A stretch of DNA of 64,000 bases from contig JACPEW010000018.1 of assembly GCA_016183305.1 (NCBI GenBank), positions 2,280 to 66,279 of the forward strand, in the 5' to 3' direction. The notes below the pieces were generated by a model that was given only the letters and a program-made list of their open reading frames with translations, did not search any database and had not been told where the DNA came from. Of the stretch, positions 51,559 through 60,071 are shown in pieces. This DNA is from Candidatus Daviesbacteria bacterium. GTDB taxonomy: Bacteria; Patescibacteriota; Microgenomatia; Daviesbacterales; UBA10151. Positions within the stretch are counted from its first letter, which is position 1; every line of letters starts with the position of its first letter. The translations under genes were made by a program, and so were the position numbers.

Positions 51559-51837
51559 TTACTTACCCTTTTTTGCTGTTAGTTTCTTAGCCCCGCTTTT
51601 TGCTTCATCAGAAGCCTGACTGACTCTTTCTTTAATTTCTAAGGCTCTTTTTCTGATTTCCTTAAAAATTCTGCTTCCTTCTTTTTCCAAATTGTCTAAA
51701 ACCTCCTCAGCCTTTTTTCTATTCTTCTCATTTGATAAAACTACCGCTGCTGCAGCTGCTGCTGCGCCAATAACAGCCCCTGCTACACCTGTAGCTAAAG
51801 GGTTAACCCCTTTTTTTTCATCTGTCATTATACTCAC
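51559..51837 (-). CDS. YtxH-like protein
   Basis: LATGVAGAVIGAAAAAAAVVL followed by a charged helix. It is a paralog of 7221..7481. Confidence 0.5.
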   Translation of the reverse strand: MSIMTDEKKGVNPLATGVAGAVIGAAAAAAAVVLSNEKNRKKAEEVLDNLEKEGSRIFKEIRKRALEIKERVSQASDEAKSGAKKLTAKKGK

Positions 51838-52070
51838 CTCCCTCTTTTAAAAATTCTGCTAACTAAGGCTAAAAGTAAAGCCGGCACCATTCTAAGTGCC
51901 TTCATTTGAATTTTTTCTCTAACGTCTTGAGTGGTGTTTTCTAGAGATTCTGCTAGCTTGGAAACTGCCTTTAAGGTTTGAACTAAAAAGAAGGTAACAA
52001 AGCCAATACAAACAACAATGATTAAAAAACCTATAATTAGAACAGCATTAAGAAGATCCTGTGTACCCAT
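51834..52070 (-). CDS. DUF948-like membrane protein
   Basis: N-terminal TM helix followed by LKAVSKLAESLENTTQDVREKI. It overlaps the YtxH-like gene by 4 nt. Confidence 0.45.
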   Translation of the reverse strand: MGTQDLLNAVLIIGFLIIVVCIGFVTFFLVQTLKAVSKLAESLENTTQDVREKIQMKALRMVPALLLALVSRIFKRGR

Positions 52071-52136
52071 GAAGGTATTATATCATCAGTTACATGAATT
52101 TGCTTTTTGGGGCTTATTTTAATAAGATAAGATGAT

Positions 52137-52505
52137 ATGGAATATTTATCAATCATACCTGCTACAGCCTTAGGTTATTTAACCTTTAGGGCAACTGGGC
52201 ATCCTACATCCAGAATCAGAAGGAAGCTGCCTAATATTAAGAGTAAAAGAGTACAGGTTTTTCCGGTGGTTAGAGCCAGGGTATTCGACAGGGTAATTCA
52301 TCTGCATCATTGGTTTGCTTTTTCCATAGTCTTAATTTTGTCTTTTTTCCTGTCTTTAGGAATTTTTGATTTTATTGTTACTAAAGGAATACTCTTGGGA
52401 GGAATCATTCATGGATTAACTTTACCAAAAGAACACAGAAAAATTATTTATAAAGATTTCTCAGTAGAAAGACTGACTACAATAGATAATGATTATAAGT
52501 CGTGA
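52137..52505 (+). CDS. Membrane protein, unknown function
   Basis: 122 aa with two or three TM helices. Confidence 0.35.
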   Translation: MEYLSIIPATALGYLTFRATGHPTSRIRRKLPNIKSKRVQVFPVVRARVFDRVIHLHHWFAFSIVLILSFFLSLGIFDFIVTKGILLGGIIHGLTLPKEHRKIIYKDFSVERLTTIDNDYKS

Positions 52506-53116
52506 ACAACCAATCCCCTTTTCTAATTGTGCTTACTGGTAAAACAGCCTCAGGCAAAGATACTGTGATGGCTAAGCTCATGAATACACTTCCTAATTTA
52601 AAAAAAGTTGTTACTACTACTTCAAGAAAACCTAGAAGTAATGAAAAAAATGGTGTTGATTATTATTTTATTTCTGAAGCTGAATTTAGGCAAAAAATTA
52701 ACCAGGAGGATTTTATTGAATATGTAAGTTATGGCGGTAATTTATATGGCACAGAAAAAAAACAAATAACTGATAACCTTGATAAAAACTTAATTTGGAG
52801 GATAGATCCTTCTAGAGCAGGTCAAATAAAAGAGTTTATGGAAGATTCTGACTTTAAGCTTACCCAAAACTTGTTAAAAAGAACTGCAGTCATATATCTA
52901 ACCACCTCAGATGAGGTAGTCCTGGAAAGACTAAAAAGAAGAGGTCTAACCAAACAGGAAATTGAAACTAGGATGGGGGAAGACCAAAGGTTTTGGAAAC
53001 AATTTAAAGATAATTATAATTTTGTAGTAGAAAATACTCCTGGTAAGCTAAATGAAACTGTTGCCAAAATCATACAAATAATATACTTTTTGGCAAAAGA
53101 CTGTAATTTAAAATGA
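52502..53116 (+). CDS. gmk: Guanylate kinase
   Basis: LTGKTASGKDT P-loop, TTTSRKPRSNEKNGVDYYFIS and YGGNLYGT. Confidence 0.75.
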   Translation: MNNQSPFLIVLTGKTASGKDTVMAKLMNTLPNLKKVVTTTSRKPRSNEKNGVDYYFISEAEFRQKINQEDFIEYVSYGGNLYGTEKKQITDNLDKNLIWRIDPSRAGQIKEFMEDSDFKLTQNLLKRTAVIYLTTSDEVVLERLKRRGLTKQEIETRMGEDQRFWKQFKDNYNFVVENTPGKLNETVAKIIQIIYFLAKDCNLK

Positions 53117-53161
53117 TTTAAATTATAGAAAATCGCTTTTCCTAAGTAAGTACTGTTTAAC

Positions 53162-53770
53162 TCACCCGGGTTTTGAAGTTTTGAGGGCATATTCTGCAGG
53201 GGTAAGCCACTCCGGTAGAGCTACTGTTTTATATTTAGAATTTCTAACTAAGGTAGGTTTACCATCTTCTTCTACCACATAATAGGCAAAGCCCTGCATT
53301 TTTTGGACAGCTTTATAATCAGCATGGCCTGGCAAAGAAACAGGATCAACCTCCTTAAAATTAACAGGGCTGTCATCAACTGTCACCAACCAGGTCTTAC
53401 CAGTGTTTACCACTAAATGGCCTGTCTCAGATGGTATAAATACTTTATCTCCAGCTTTTACTGAAATAGCATAAAATGAAACTATTTCATCATCAACCGG
53501 GTTACTCCCTGAGTCCCTTTTCCTGGTTTGAAGTAAAACTATTCCTTCTCCAGATATTACATGATAAGTTTCATCTAAGTTTCCAATATGGTAGTGCCCA
53601 TAAGTTTTAATATATTCACCACCAACTGTACCTACCTCCCAAACAGTAATATTGGTTTTGTCAGAACCTCCTCTGATCATATAGTAGTGGATTTCCGGAC
53701 CCTCTGCTTCAGGGTGCATCAGGACTTCCTGCATCTTGGAGTGTTCTCTTGCAGCAAAGGGTTTTAGCAT
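53162..53770 (-). CDS. Cupin-type (archaeal-type) glucose-6-phosphate isomerase
   Basis: TYGHYH...ETYHVISGEG...IPSETGHLVVNTG is a cupin metal-site pattern as in Pyrococcus-type PGI. The gene is adjacent to zwf. Confidence 0.7.
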   Translation of the reverse strand: MLKPFAAREHSKMQEVLMHPEAEGPEIHYYMIRGGSDKTNITVWEVGTVGGEYIKTYGHYHIGNLDETYHVISGEGIVLLQTRKRDSGSNPVDDEIVSFYAISVKAGDKVFIPSETGHLVVNTGKTWLVTVDDSPVNFKEVDPVSLPGHADYKAVQKMQGFAYYVVEEDGKPTLVRNSKYKTVALPEWLTPAEYALKTSKPG

Positions 53771-53796
53771 ACTTTAATAAATAATAACAAAGTGGT

Positions 53797-55236
53797 ATGG
53801 TATTAGGCAAGATGGATAAGACAAATAAGCTCAATTTAATTATTTTTGGCATCACAGGTAATTTAGCCCAAATTAAATTAATTCCGGTGCTTTATGATAT
53901 GGCAGAAAAAGGTTTGCTGCCAGAAAATATGACTATTGTTGGTATTGCTAGAAAACCAATGACCCAAAGCCAGTTCCAGGATTATTTTTACGAAGTTTTA
54001 ACCTCAGAAAATATCCACCACAAGCATGAGATTAAAAAGGATATATTTGAAAAATTATGTCAAAAGCTTCATTATCTTGCCGGAAGCGCTGATGATCCTA
54101 AATTATATGAGCAGCTAAAAAAATATAGCGGTAATAAAATATACTACCTTGCCACATATCCTGAACTCTATAAATCTATCTTTGACCACCTGCAAAAAAA
54201 TGGCTTAAATATACAAAACCATGATTGGGTCAGGCTAATGGTAGAAAAACCTATTGGTTATGACCTTAAATCTGCTCATGAGATAAACACACTATTGTTA
54301 CAGTATTTTTCTGAGGACCAAATTTATAGGTTAGACCACTATTTAGGTAAGGAGACCCTGCAAAATATTCTGAGCTTTAGGTTTGCTAATGATATTTTTG
54401 AACCTTTAATTAATGCCAGTTTTATTGATCATATTCAAATTACTGCTTTAGAGGATTTTGGGGTAGGTAAAAGAGGAGGATATTATGATTTGGTAGGAGC
54501 TTTAAAAGATGTGGGTCAAAATCACCAACTGCAGATGCTGGCTTTTTCTATTATGGATGTCCCGGATGAATTGGCCAGCCGGGCTGTTTCTAAAGAAAGG
54601 CTAAAGGTTCTAAAAAGCCTAGTACCTTTACCTGAAAAGACTGTTTTCGGTCAATATGAGGGATACCAGAAAGAAGAAAATGTAAACCTTTCCTCCCAAA
54701 CAGATACTTTTTATGCTTTTAAAACCTTTATTAATAATGATAGATTTCAAGATGTGCCTATTTATGTTAGGGCTGGTAAAAAAGCTAAACAAACAGCTAC
54801 AGAAATATCAATAGTATTTAAAAACCCCCTTAACAAATTGTTTAGTGTTGACTGCGAGGACGAGCCAAATGTTTTAATTTATAGAATCCAGCCAAATGAG
54901 GGAATAGTTTTTAAAATCCTGACAAAAAAACCAGGCCACCAAATCAAGCTTGAACCAGAATATATGCAGTATTGCTATAAAGTTGATCCTCATACTCACT
55001 ATATCCCGGATCCTTATGAAAGATTACTGGTTGATACTATAAGAGGAGACCAGACATTTTTTAACACAGCAGAAGAAGTAGAAGCACAGTGGGCTTTCAT
55101 AGACCCTTTAGCTAATGCCCGGAGTAAACCCTCTATTTACCAACCAGGATCATGGGGACCAAAAGAAGCGGATGAGTTAATAGAGGCTGATGGCAGAATG
55201 TGGCTTGAACCATCAATGGCCTTTTGCAGGATATAG
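53797..55236 (+). CDS. zwf: Glucose-6-phosphate 1-dehydrogenase
   Basis: IIFGITGNLAQIKLIPVLY, EKPIG, RLDHYLGKE and the QNHQLQMLA region. Confidence 0.9.
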   Translation: MVLGKMDKTNKLNLIIFGITGNLAQIKLIPVLYDMAEKGLLPENMTIVGIARKPMTQSQFQDYFYEVLTSENIHHKHEIKKDIFEKLCQKLHYLAGSADDPKLYEQLKKYSGNKIYYLATYPELYKSIFDHLQKNGLNIQNHDWVRLMVEKPIGYDLKSAHEINTLLLQYFSEDQIYRLDHYLGKETLQNILSFRFANDIFEPLINASFIDHIQITALEDFGVGKRGGYYDLVGALKDVGQNHQLQMLAFSIMDVPDELASRAVSKERLKVLKSLVPLPEKTVFGQYEGYQKEENVNLSSQTDTFYAFKTFINNDRFQDVPIYVRAGKKAKQTATEISIVFKNPLNKLFSVDCEDEPNVLIYRIQPNEGIVFKILTKKPGHQIKLEPEYMQYCYKVDPHTHYIPDPYERLLVDTIRGDQTFFNTAEEVEAQWAFIDPLANARSKPSIYQPGSWGPKEADELIEADGRMWLEPSMAFCRI

Positions 55237-55279
55237 CCTGCTAAGGTTCAACCTTGGTTAAGGAGTAACCTTAACATAT

Positions 55280-56068
55280 ATGAATTTAAATCAAGCAAGG
55301 GAATATCTTTTAACACTCCTGCCTCAGGCTGGGGAAATATTAAAGAAGTATTTTGTTTCTGGTGAATTTACTTTTCAATCAAAAGGTGGATTTGATTTTT
55401 TAACTCAAGCAGATGAGGAAGTAGATTTGTTCTTAAGGGAAGGTATTAAAAAGCAGTTTCCCGGGACTCAGCTTCTTACTGAAGAAACTGCTCCTAAAGA
55501 CCATCAAACCCTCAAAGAAATAAAAAACTTATGGGTGATAGACCCATTGGATGGGACTATTAATTTTTCCCGGGGTAATCCTCATTTTGCTATATCAGTT
55601 GGGTTGGTTGATAAAGGTATCTCAAAATTTGGGGTAGTTTTAGTACCACTGGAGAACAAGCTTTATTGGGCAGAGCAAGACCAAGAAAATGTTTTTTTAA
55701 ATGGAGAACCTATCAAAGTCTCAACTACAGAAAATTTAGAAAAAGCAGTAATGGCTTGTGATTGGACCTGGGATCTAGAGAAAAGGCTAAAAGTAGTTAC
55801 TTGGTTAAATAAAAGCTGTAGTAAGGTACTACAAATAAAACAAATGGGTAGCGCTGTAGCGGACCTAGCTGATTTAGCAGCTGGCAAACTTGATATCTAT
55901 CTTCATTCAGGTCTAAAACCGTGGGATGTGGCTGCTTGTACTTTGTTTATCGAAAAAGCAGGAGGCAGGATTACTACCCCTTCTGGAGAAAAATGGAATG
56001 TTTTTAACCCAGAAATGTTAGCTTCCAATGGGTTTTTACACACTAAAATATTAGATTTAATATCATGA
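55280..56068 (+). CDS. Inositol monophosphatase family protein
   Basis: LTEET, WVIDPLDGTINF and WDVAA motifs. Confidence 0.85.
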   Translation: MNLNQAREYLLTLLPQAGEILKKYFVSGEFTFQSKGGFDFLTQADEEVDLFLREGIKKQFPGTQLLTEETAPKDHQTLKEIKNLWVIDPLDGTINFSRGNPHFAISVGLVDKGISKFGVVLVPLENKLYWAEQDQENVFLNGEPIKVSTTENLEKAVMACDWTWDLEKRLKVVTWLNKSCSKVLQIKQMGSAVADLADLAAGKLDIYLHSGLKPWDVAACTLFIEKAGGRITTPSGEKWNVFNPEMLASNGFLHTKILDLIS

Positions 56069-56574
56069 TATCAAAAGGCCATACGCTTTGGTTAATGCCA
56101 TCAGGACAAACATATGAGAGATTTGCTGATTTAATAAAAAAACCCGCTATGGAATACAATGCTCCTGTATTCCAACCTCACATCACATTATTAGGAGAAT
56201 TTATGCAATTACAGGATGAATGTATTCAAAAAACAAAAAAATTAGTTACTGGTCAGAAACCTTTCGTTGTTAATCTACAGGAAATCGGTTTTCAGGATTA
56301 TTTTTTCCGGACATTGTTTGTGTATGCTCACAAAACAAGCCCGTTACAAAATTTACATAATAAAGCAAAAGAAATATTCCAAATGCAGGATATTCCCTCC
56401 TATATGCCACACCTGAGTCTCCTGTATGGAAATTTTCCTCAAGATGTTAAAAATAAGATTATTCAAAAAATTGGTAAAAACCAATCTGCGCAACTAGAAA
56501 TTAATTCTGTTTATTTAGTTAAGGGCGGTGAAATAAAAGACTGGCAAATTATCAGTGGATTTCCTTTAGCCTAA
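56065..56574 (+). CDS. 2H phosphoesterase (LigT/cyclic phosphodiesterase-like)
   Basis: Two HxT/S motifs, HITLLG and HLSLLYG. Confidence 0.7.
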   Translation: MISKGHTLWLMPSGQTYERFADLIKKPAMEYNAPVFQPHITLLGEFMQLQDECIQKTKKLVTGQKPFVVNLQEIGFQDYFFRTLFVYAHKTSPLQNLHNKAKEIFQMQDIPSYMPHLSLLYGNFPQDVKNKIIQKIGKNQSAQLEINSVYLVKGGEIKDWQIISGFPLA

Positions 56575-56575
56575 G

Positions 56576-57508
56576 CTATTTTTTAACTGCATGCTGGCCG
56601 AATTTGCCTCTTAAGGCAGAAATTACTTTATTCCTAAATCCATTGGGAGAATCCTCTGGAATAGCTGCTGATTCTGATCTAACCTTCATTGAGTCTTCTA
56701 AGACTGGGGTATCCACACCCAGCTCTTTTGCCAAATCAACTGTCCAATCCCCTTCTGCTTTAACCCTTTGTGTGCCTGCCCCTCCTGAACCAATTACAGA
56801 GGAAGTATCAGATAATTTAGAATCTTCTTCAAAAGCCTCTTTTGCCCAACCAACAAGGCGTGATTCTATCACAGACCTGTGGTTATATAAATCTAAAAGC
56901 TTAACAAAATCATATTTAAATTGTGAAAATTTTAAGATTGCTAAACCTTCCCCAATTGATTCCATCATCCCATACTCAATAGCATTGTGGACCATTTTAG
57001 CAAAATGACCTGACCCTGCTGGGCCTAAATATTGATAAGCCCCTGGAGCAGCAGCTGCTTTAGCAAGAGGCTCAATTTTTTTAAAATCTTCTTCATTTCC
57101 ACCTATCATCAAACAAGCCCCATTCCTAGCTCCTTTAGGCCCTCCTGATACTCCAATATCCATAAAGTTAATACCTTTTTCTGCTAATTTTTCTGCCCTT
57201 CTTAAACTATCTTTATAAAAAGAATTAGCCCCATCAATTACTAAATCTCCTGGGGATAAAAGTGGAATAAGTTCATCAATATGTTGATCTGTTACCTCAC
57301 CTGCTGGCAGCATTAACCAAATAATCCTGGGTGTTTCTAATTTGGAAACTAAATCCTTGATTGTCTCTGCTCCAATTGCTCCAGCTTTTACCACTTCTTC
57401 TACTGGTTCTTTTGACCGGTTCCAAGCCACAACTTCAATGCCATGCTCAAGCAGCCTTAAGACCATATTTTTTCCCATCCTGCCCAAACCAATATAACCT
57501 AGTTTCAT
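56576..57508 (-). CDS. gnd: 6-phosphogluconate dehydrogenase (short, decarboxylating-like form)
   Basis: MKLGYIGLGRMGKNM, GVSGG and GSGHFAKMVHNAIEYG. Confidence 0.85.
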   Translation of the reverse strand: MKLGYIGLGRMGKNMVLRLLEHGIEVVAWNRSKEPVEEVVKAGAIGAETIKDLVSKLETPRIIWLMLPAGEVTDQHIDELIPLLSPGDLVIDGANSFYKDSLRRAEKLAEKGINFMDIGVSGGPKGARNGACLMIGGNEEDFKKIEPLAKAAAAPGAYQYLGPAGSGHFAKMVHNAIEYGMMESIGEGLAILKFSQFKYDFVKLLDLYNHRSVIESRLVGWAKEAFEEDSKLSDTSSVIGSGGAGTQRVKAEGDWTVDLAKELGVDTPVLEDSMKVRSESAAIPEDSPNGFRNKVISALRGKFGQHAVKK

Positions 57509-57541
57509 TGTCTACCAATGTACTAAACCTGAATCTTTTTT

Positions 57542-58147
57542 TCAAGAAGATTTTAGTTCTGTATAAACTACCAGTCTGTTAGAGTAATTCCTGGTGCCTG
57601 TATTCCATTCTTCAGTACAAGTTATTAAATTTAATCTTGGTTTATCAGCAGAAGCAAAAACTTCCTGTAAAGGAACCTTGTCAAATGGATAAGTTTGACT
57701 TTGGGTAACAACAAAGGTTAACTTTTTACCATTTCTATCAGTAACAATTACCTCATCACCTGGGGTTAAATTACCAATATAATAAAACACAGCAGGGGAG
57801 CCGGTTGCTGTGTCTAAATGACCAGCCACCACAGCGCTTCCCTCTTCCCCTGGTTTAAATCCCAGGTTATACCAGCCAACATTATATACATCTTTTGGTA
57901 CATCCATTTTGCCTTCCCTATCTTCTCCCACTGATTCCACACTGGTATTAACATTTAACTTAGGGATGCTCAAAGTTACAGGTTCTGAAACAACTATTTC
58001 TTGTGGTTTTTTCTGCTCAGGGTAGGTTTGTAAAACAGCAGGCGCTGGAGAAACCAAAGGGCTGGTTTTATCTTGGGCATACATTAATCCACCAGTCATC
58101 CCAATTAAAATGAATGTAAAAACCAACGTCTTTTTTACGCCTGCCAT
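57542..58147 (-). CDS. Class F-like sortase
   Basis: Signal anchor, VGWYNLGFKPGEEGSAVVAGHLDT, LNLITCT and RLVVY, giving the His-Cys-Arg triad layout. Confidence 0.85.
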   Translation of the reverse strand: MAGVKKTLVFTFILIGMTGGLMYAQDKTSPLVSPAPAVLQTYPEQKKPQEIVVSEPVTLSIPKLNVNTSVESVGEDREGKMDVPKDVYNVGWYNLGFKPGEEGSAVVAGHLDTATGSPAVFYYIGNLTPGDEVIVTDRNGKKLTFVVTQSQTYPFDKVPLQEVFASADKPRLNLITCTEEWNTGTRNYSNRLVVYTELKSS

Positions 58148-58165
58148 TTTATTACCTACTCCAAA

Positions 58166-58366
58166 TTAATACCCACCCATCCCTGTTGCAGGAGCGCCTG
58201 CAGGAACTCTAGTAGTTGGAGATGCTGTGGCCCCAGGACTTGCTGTTGGATTGCTAGTTGGGCTAGGAGTTGCTGTTTGAGCAAAGACTAAGCCTACTGT
58301 TGCTGCAAAAGCAGTGATCAAAGCGCCAACTGAAAGTAAAGCTTTTTTAATCATTAATATACTCAC
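58166..58366 (-). CDS. 66-aa secreted Pro/Thr/Ser-rich peptide ending in APATGMGGY
   Basis: N-terminal signal or TM segment followed by a PT-rich region. It lies immediately upstream of the sortase on the same strand. Confidence 0.5.
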   Translation of the reverse strand: MSILMIKKALLSVGALITAFAATVGLVFAQTATPSPTSNPTASPGATASPTTRVPAGAPATGMGGY

Positions 58367-58519
58367 CTCCTTGCCCTAAACTAATCTTCAGAAGACTAGT
58401 ATATTTTCCTGCTTTTAAAGATGAATCAGGATTAGGTAAGAGATTAGTGATAATCTTTTAGAAGTGACTAGTAACTAGAGTAAAGAGTCTAGTATAATAA
58501 TCCCTAGACTTTATTTACT

Positions 58520-59338
58520 ATGTTTGTTTTATTTGATATAGGCGGGACTAATATGAGGGTTGGTGCTTCTGCTGATGGACAAACAATTAGCCAAAGCAAA
58601 ATAATTCCTACTCCACAAGGTTTTACTGATGGGGTCAAGCAGCTAAAACAAATTGCCCAGAAATTATCGGAAGGAGAAGAAATTACAGGAGTAGCTGGTG
58701 GTATTGCAGGAGCCTTAGATAAAACTAAATCTATTTTAGTAGCAAGCCCTCATCTAACCGGCTGGGTTAATCAACCTCTAAAAGTGGAGCTAGAAAGAAT
58801 CTTTGATTGTAGGGTAGAACTGGAAAATGATGCTAACTTAAATGGTTTGGGGGAGGCAGTTAATGGATCTGGAAAAGGGAAAAAAGTTGTAGCTATGATA
58901 ACTTTAGGTACAGGTGTGGGGGGAGCCAGGATAGTAGATAGTAAACTTGATAAAAACATCTGGGGGTTTGAACCAGGCCATCAAGTTATTATTCCTGAAG
59001 GGAACCTCTGTAATTGTGGTGGCAAAGGGCATCTGGAAGCATATGTGGCAGGATCATATCTGGAGAAGATTTACCAGAAAAAAGCAGAGGATATTAAAGA
59101 TGATGCTGTTTGGGATCAGATTGCCAAGTATTTAAGCATTGGACTAAATAATTTAACAGTTTTCTGGTCACCTGAGGTAATTATTTTAGGAGGATCAATG
59201 ATTAAAAGCTTACCATTCGAAAAGGTCAGAACATATCTAAAAGCAGAATTAAAAATCTTCCCTACTCCACCTAAGATAGTTCTGGCTACCCTAGGAGATG
59301 AGGCAGGCTTATATGGAGCACTAGAACTCCTTAAGTGA
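58520..59338 (+). CDS. ROK family glucokinase
   Basis: FDIGGTNMRVG and CNCGGKGHLEAY (ROK zinc motif). Confidence 0.8.
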   Translation: MFVLFDIGGTNMRVGASADGQTISQSKIIPTPQGFTDGVKQLKQIAQKLSEGEEITGVAGGIAGALDKTKSILVASPHLTGWVNQPLKVELERIFDCRVELENDANLNGLGEAVNGSGKGKKVVAMITLGTGVGGARIVDSKLDKNIWGFEPGHQVIIPEGNLCNCGGKGHLEAYVAGSYLEKIYQKKAEDIKDDAVWDQIAKYLSIGLNNLTVFWSPEVIILGGSMIKSLPFEKVRTYLKAELKIFPTPPKIVLATLGDEAGLYGALELLK

Positions 59339-59354
59339 TAGAATATACTTCTGT

Positions 59355-59406
59355 GGGTTAACTTCTTTGTTCTATTTCGCCTTCGGCGATAAATTGATGT
59401 TAACCC
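59355..59406 (+). repeat. GGGTTAAC...GTTAACCC hairpin element upstream of tRNA-Arg(TCG)
   Basis: The same 8-bp outer stem encloses CGCC-TTC-GGCG. Confidence 0.6.
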
Positions 59407-59431
59407 GCTTAAAGTCCATTTAAGACTTTAA

Positions 59432-59508
59432 GCCCCTGTAGCTCAGCGGATTAGAGCGCTTCGCTTCGGACGAAGAAGTCGGGGGTTCAATTCCCTCCAG
59501 GGGCTCCA
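59432..59508 (+). tRNA. tRNA-Arg (anticodon TCG), CCA encoded
   Basis: Acceptor GCCCCTG/CAGGGGC, anticodon stem CTTCG/CGAAG with loop CTTCGGA, and T-loop TTCAATT. Confidence 0.9.
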
Positions 59509-59600
59509 AGAGATATCTAGGTTGCTACGTCAAGCTAATCAGTGGTTTTCTAGGTTTACAGTTATGTTCCGGAAGTTTTTAATTATTTTGTAGTTGAAAA

Positions 59601-60071
59601 TTACTTGCTCATTAATTCGTGCAAGTTTTGCCATTCCTCGTTATCAAATAATTCTTTTACTTTGAGGTATTTATTCTTTCTTTCTCTTATATTTTCCCTT
59701 TCTCCATCGGAAACCGAAGTAGAAAACAAAGCACGATCTGCTTCTTCGAGCATTTTCTGGTAATAATCTTTCATCAGTTCCTTTTTTGCCTCAATTAAAA
59801 TTGAATCTAAAATATCTTTAAGTTTAGGAATTCTCCCTGCTATAAAATTCATTATCTTCTCACTTGTCTGGCCTCTGGCAACCATCTCGTTTACTTCCTT
59901 TATTCCTGTATTCCCCAGTTCTTTTTCCAGCTTTTCGGTTAAAAACTTCTCCCAAACTAAAGCACCAAGATGGCTATCTATCCTAGCTTTATCTTCATCC
60001 TTAATATTTTTAAAGCCTAAAATAGTTAATAAATCGTAGTTATTCAAATTTTGTTCATCTCTATCACTCAT
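59601..60071 (-). CDS. Helical hypothetical protein coupled to the giant ORF
   Basis: 156 aa, acidic and helical. Its ATG overlaps the upstream stop by 4 nt. Confidence 0.45.
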   Translation of the reverse strand: MSDRDEQNLNNYDLLTILGFKNIKDEDKARIDSHLGALVWEKFLTEKLEKELGNTGIKEVNEMVARGQTSEKIMNFIAGRIPKLKDILDSILIEAKKELMKDYYQKMLEEADRALFSTSVSDGERENIRERKNKYLKVKELFDNEEWQNLHELMSK

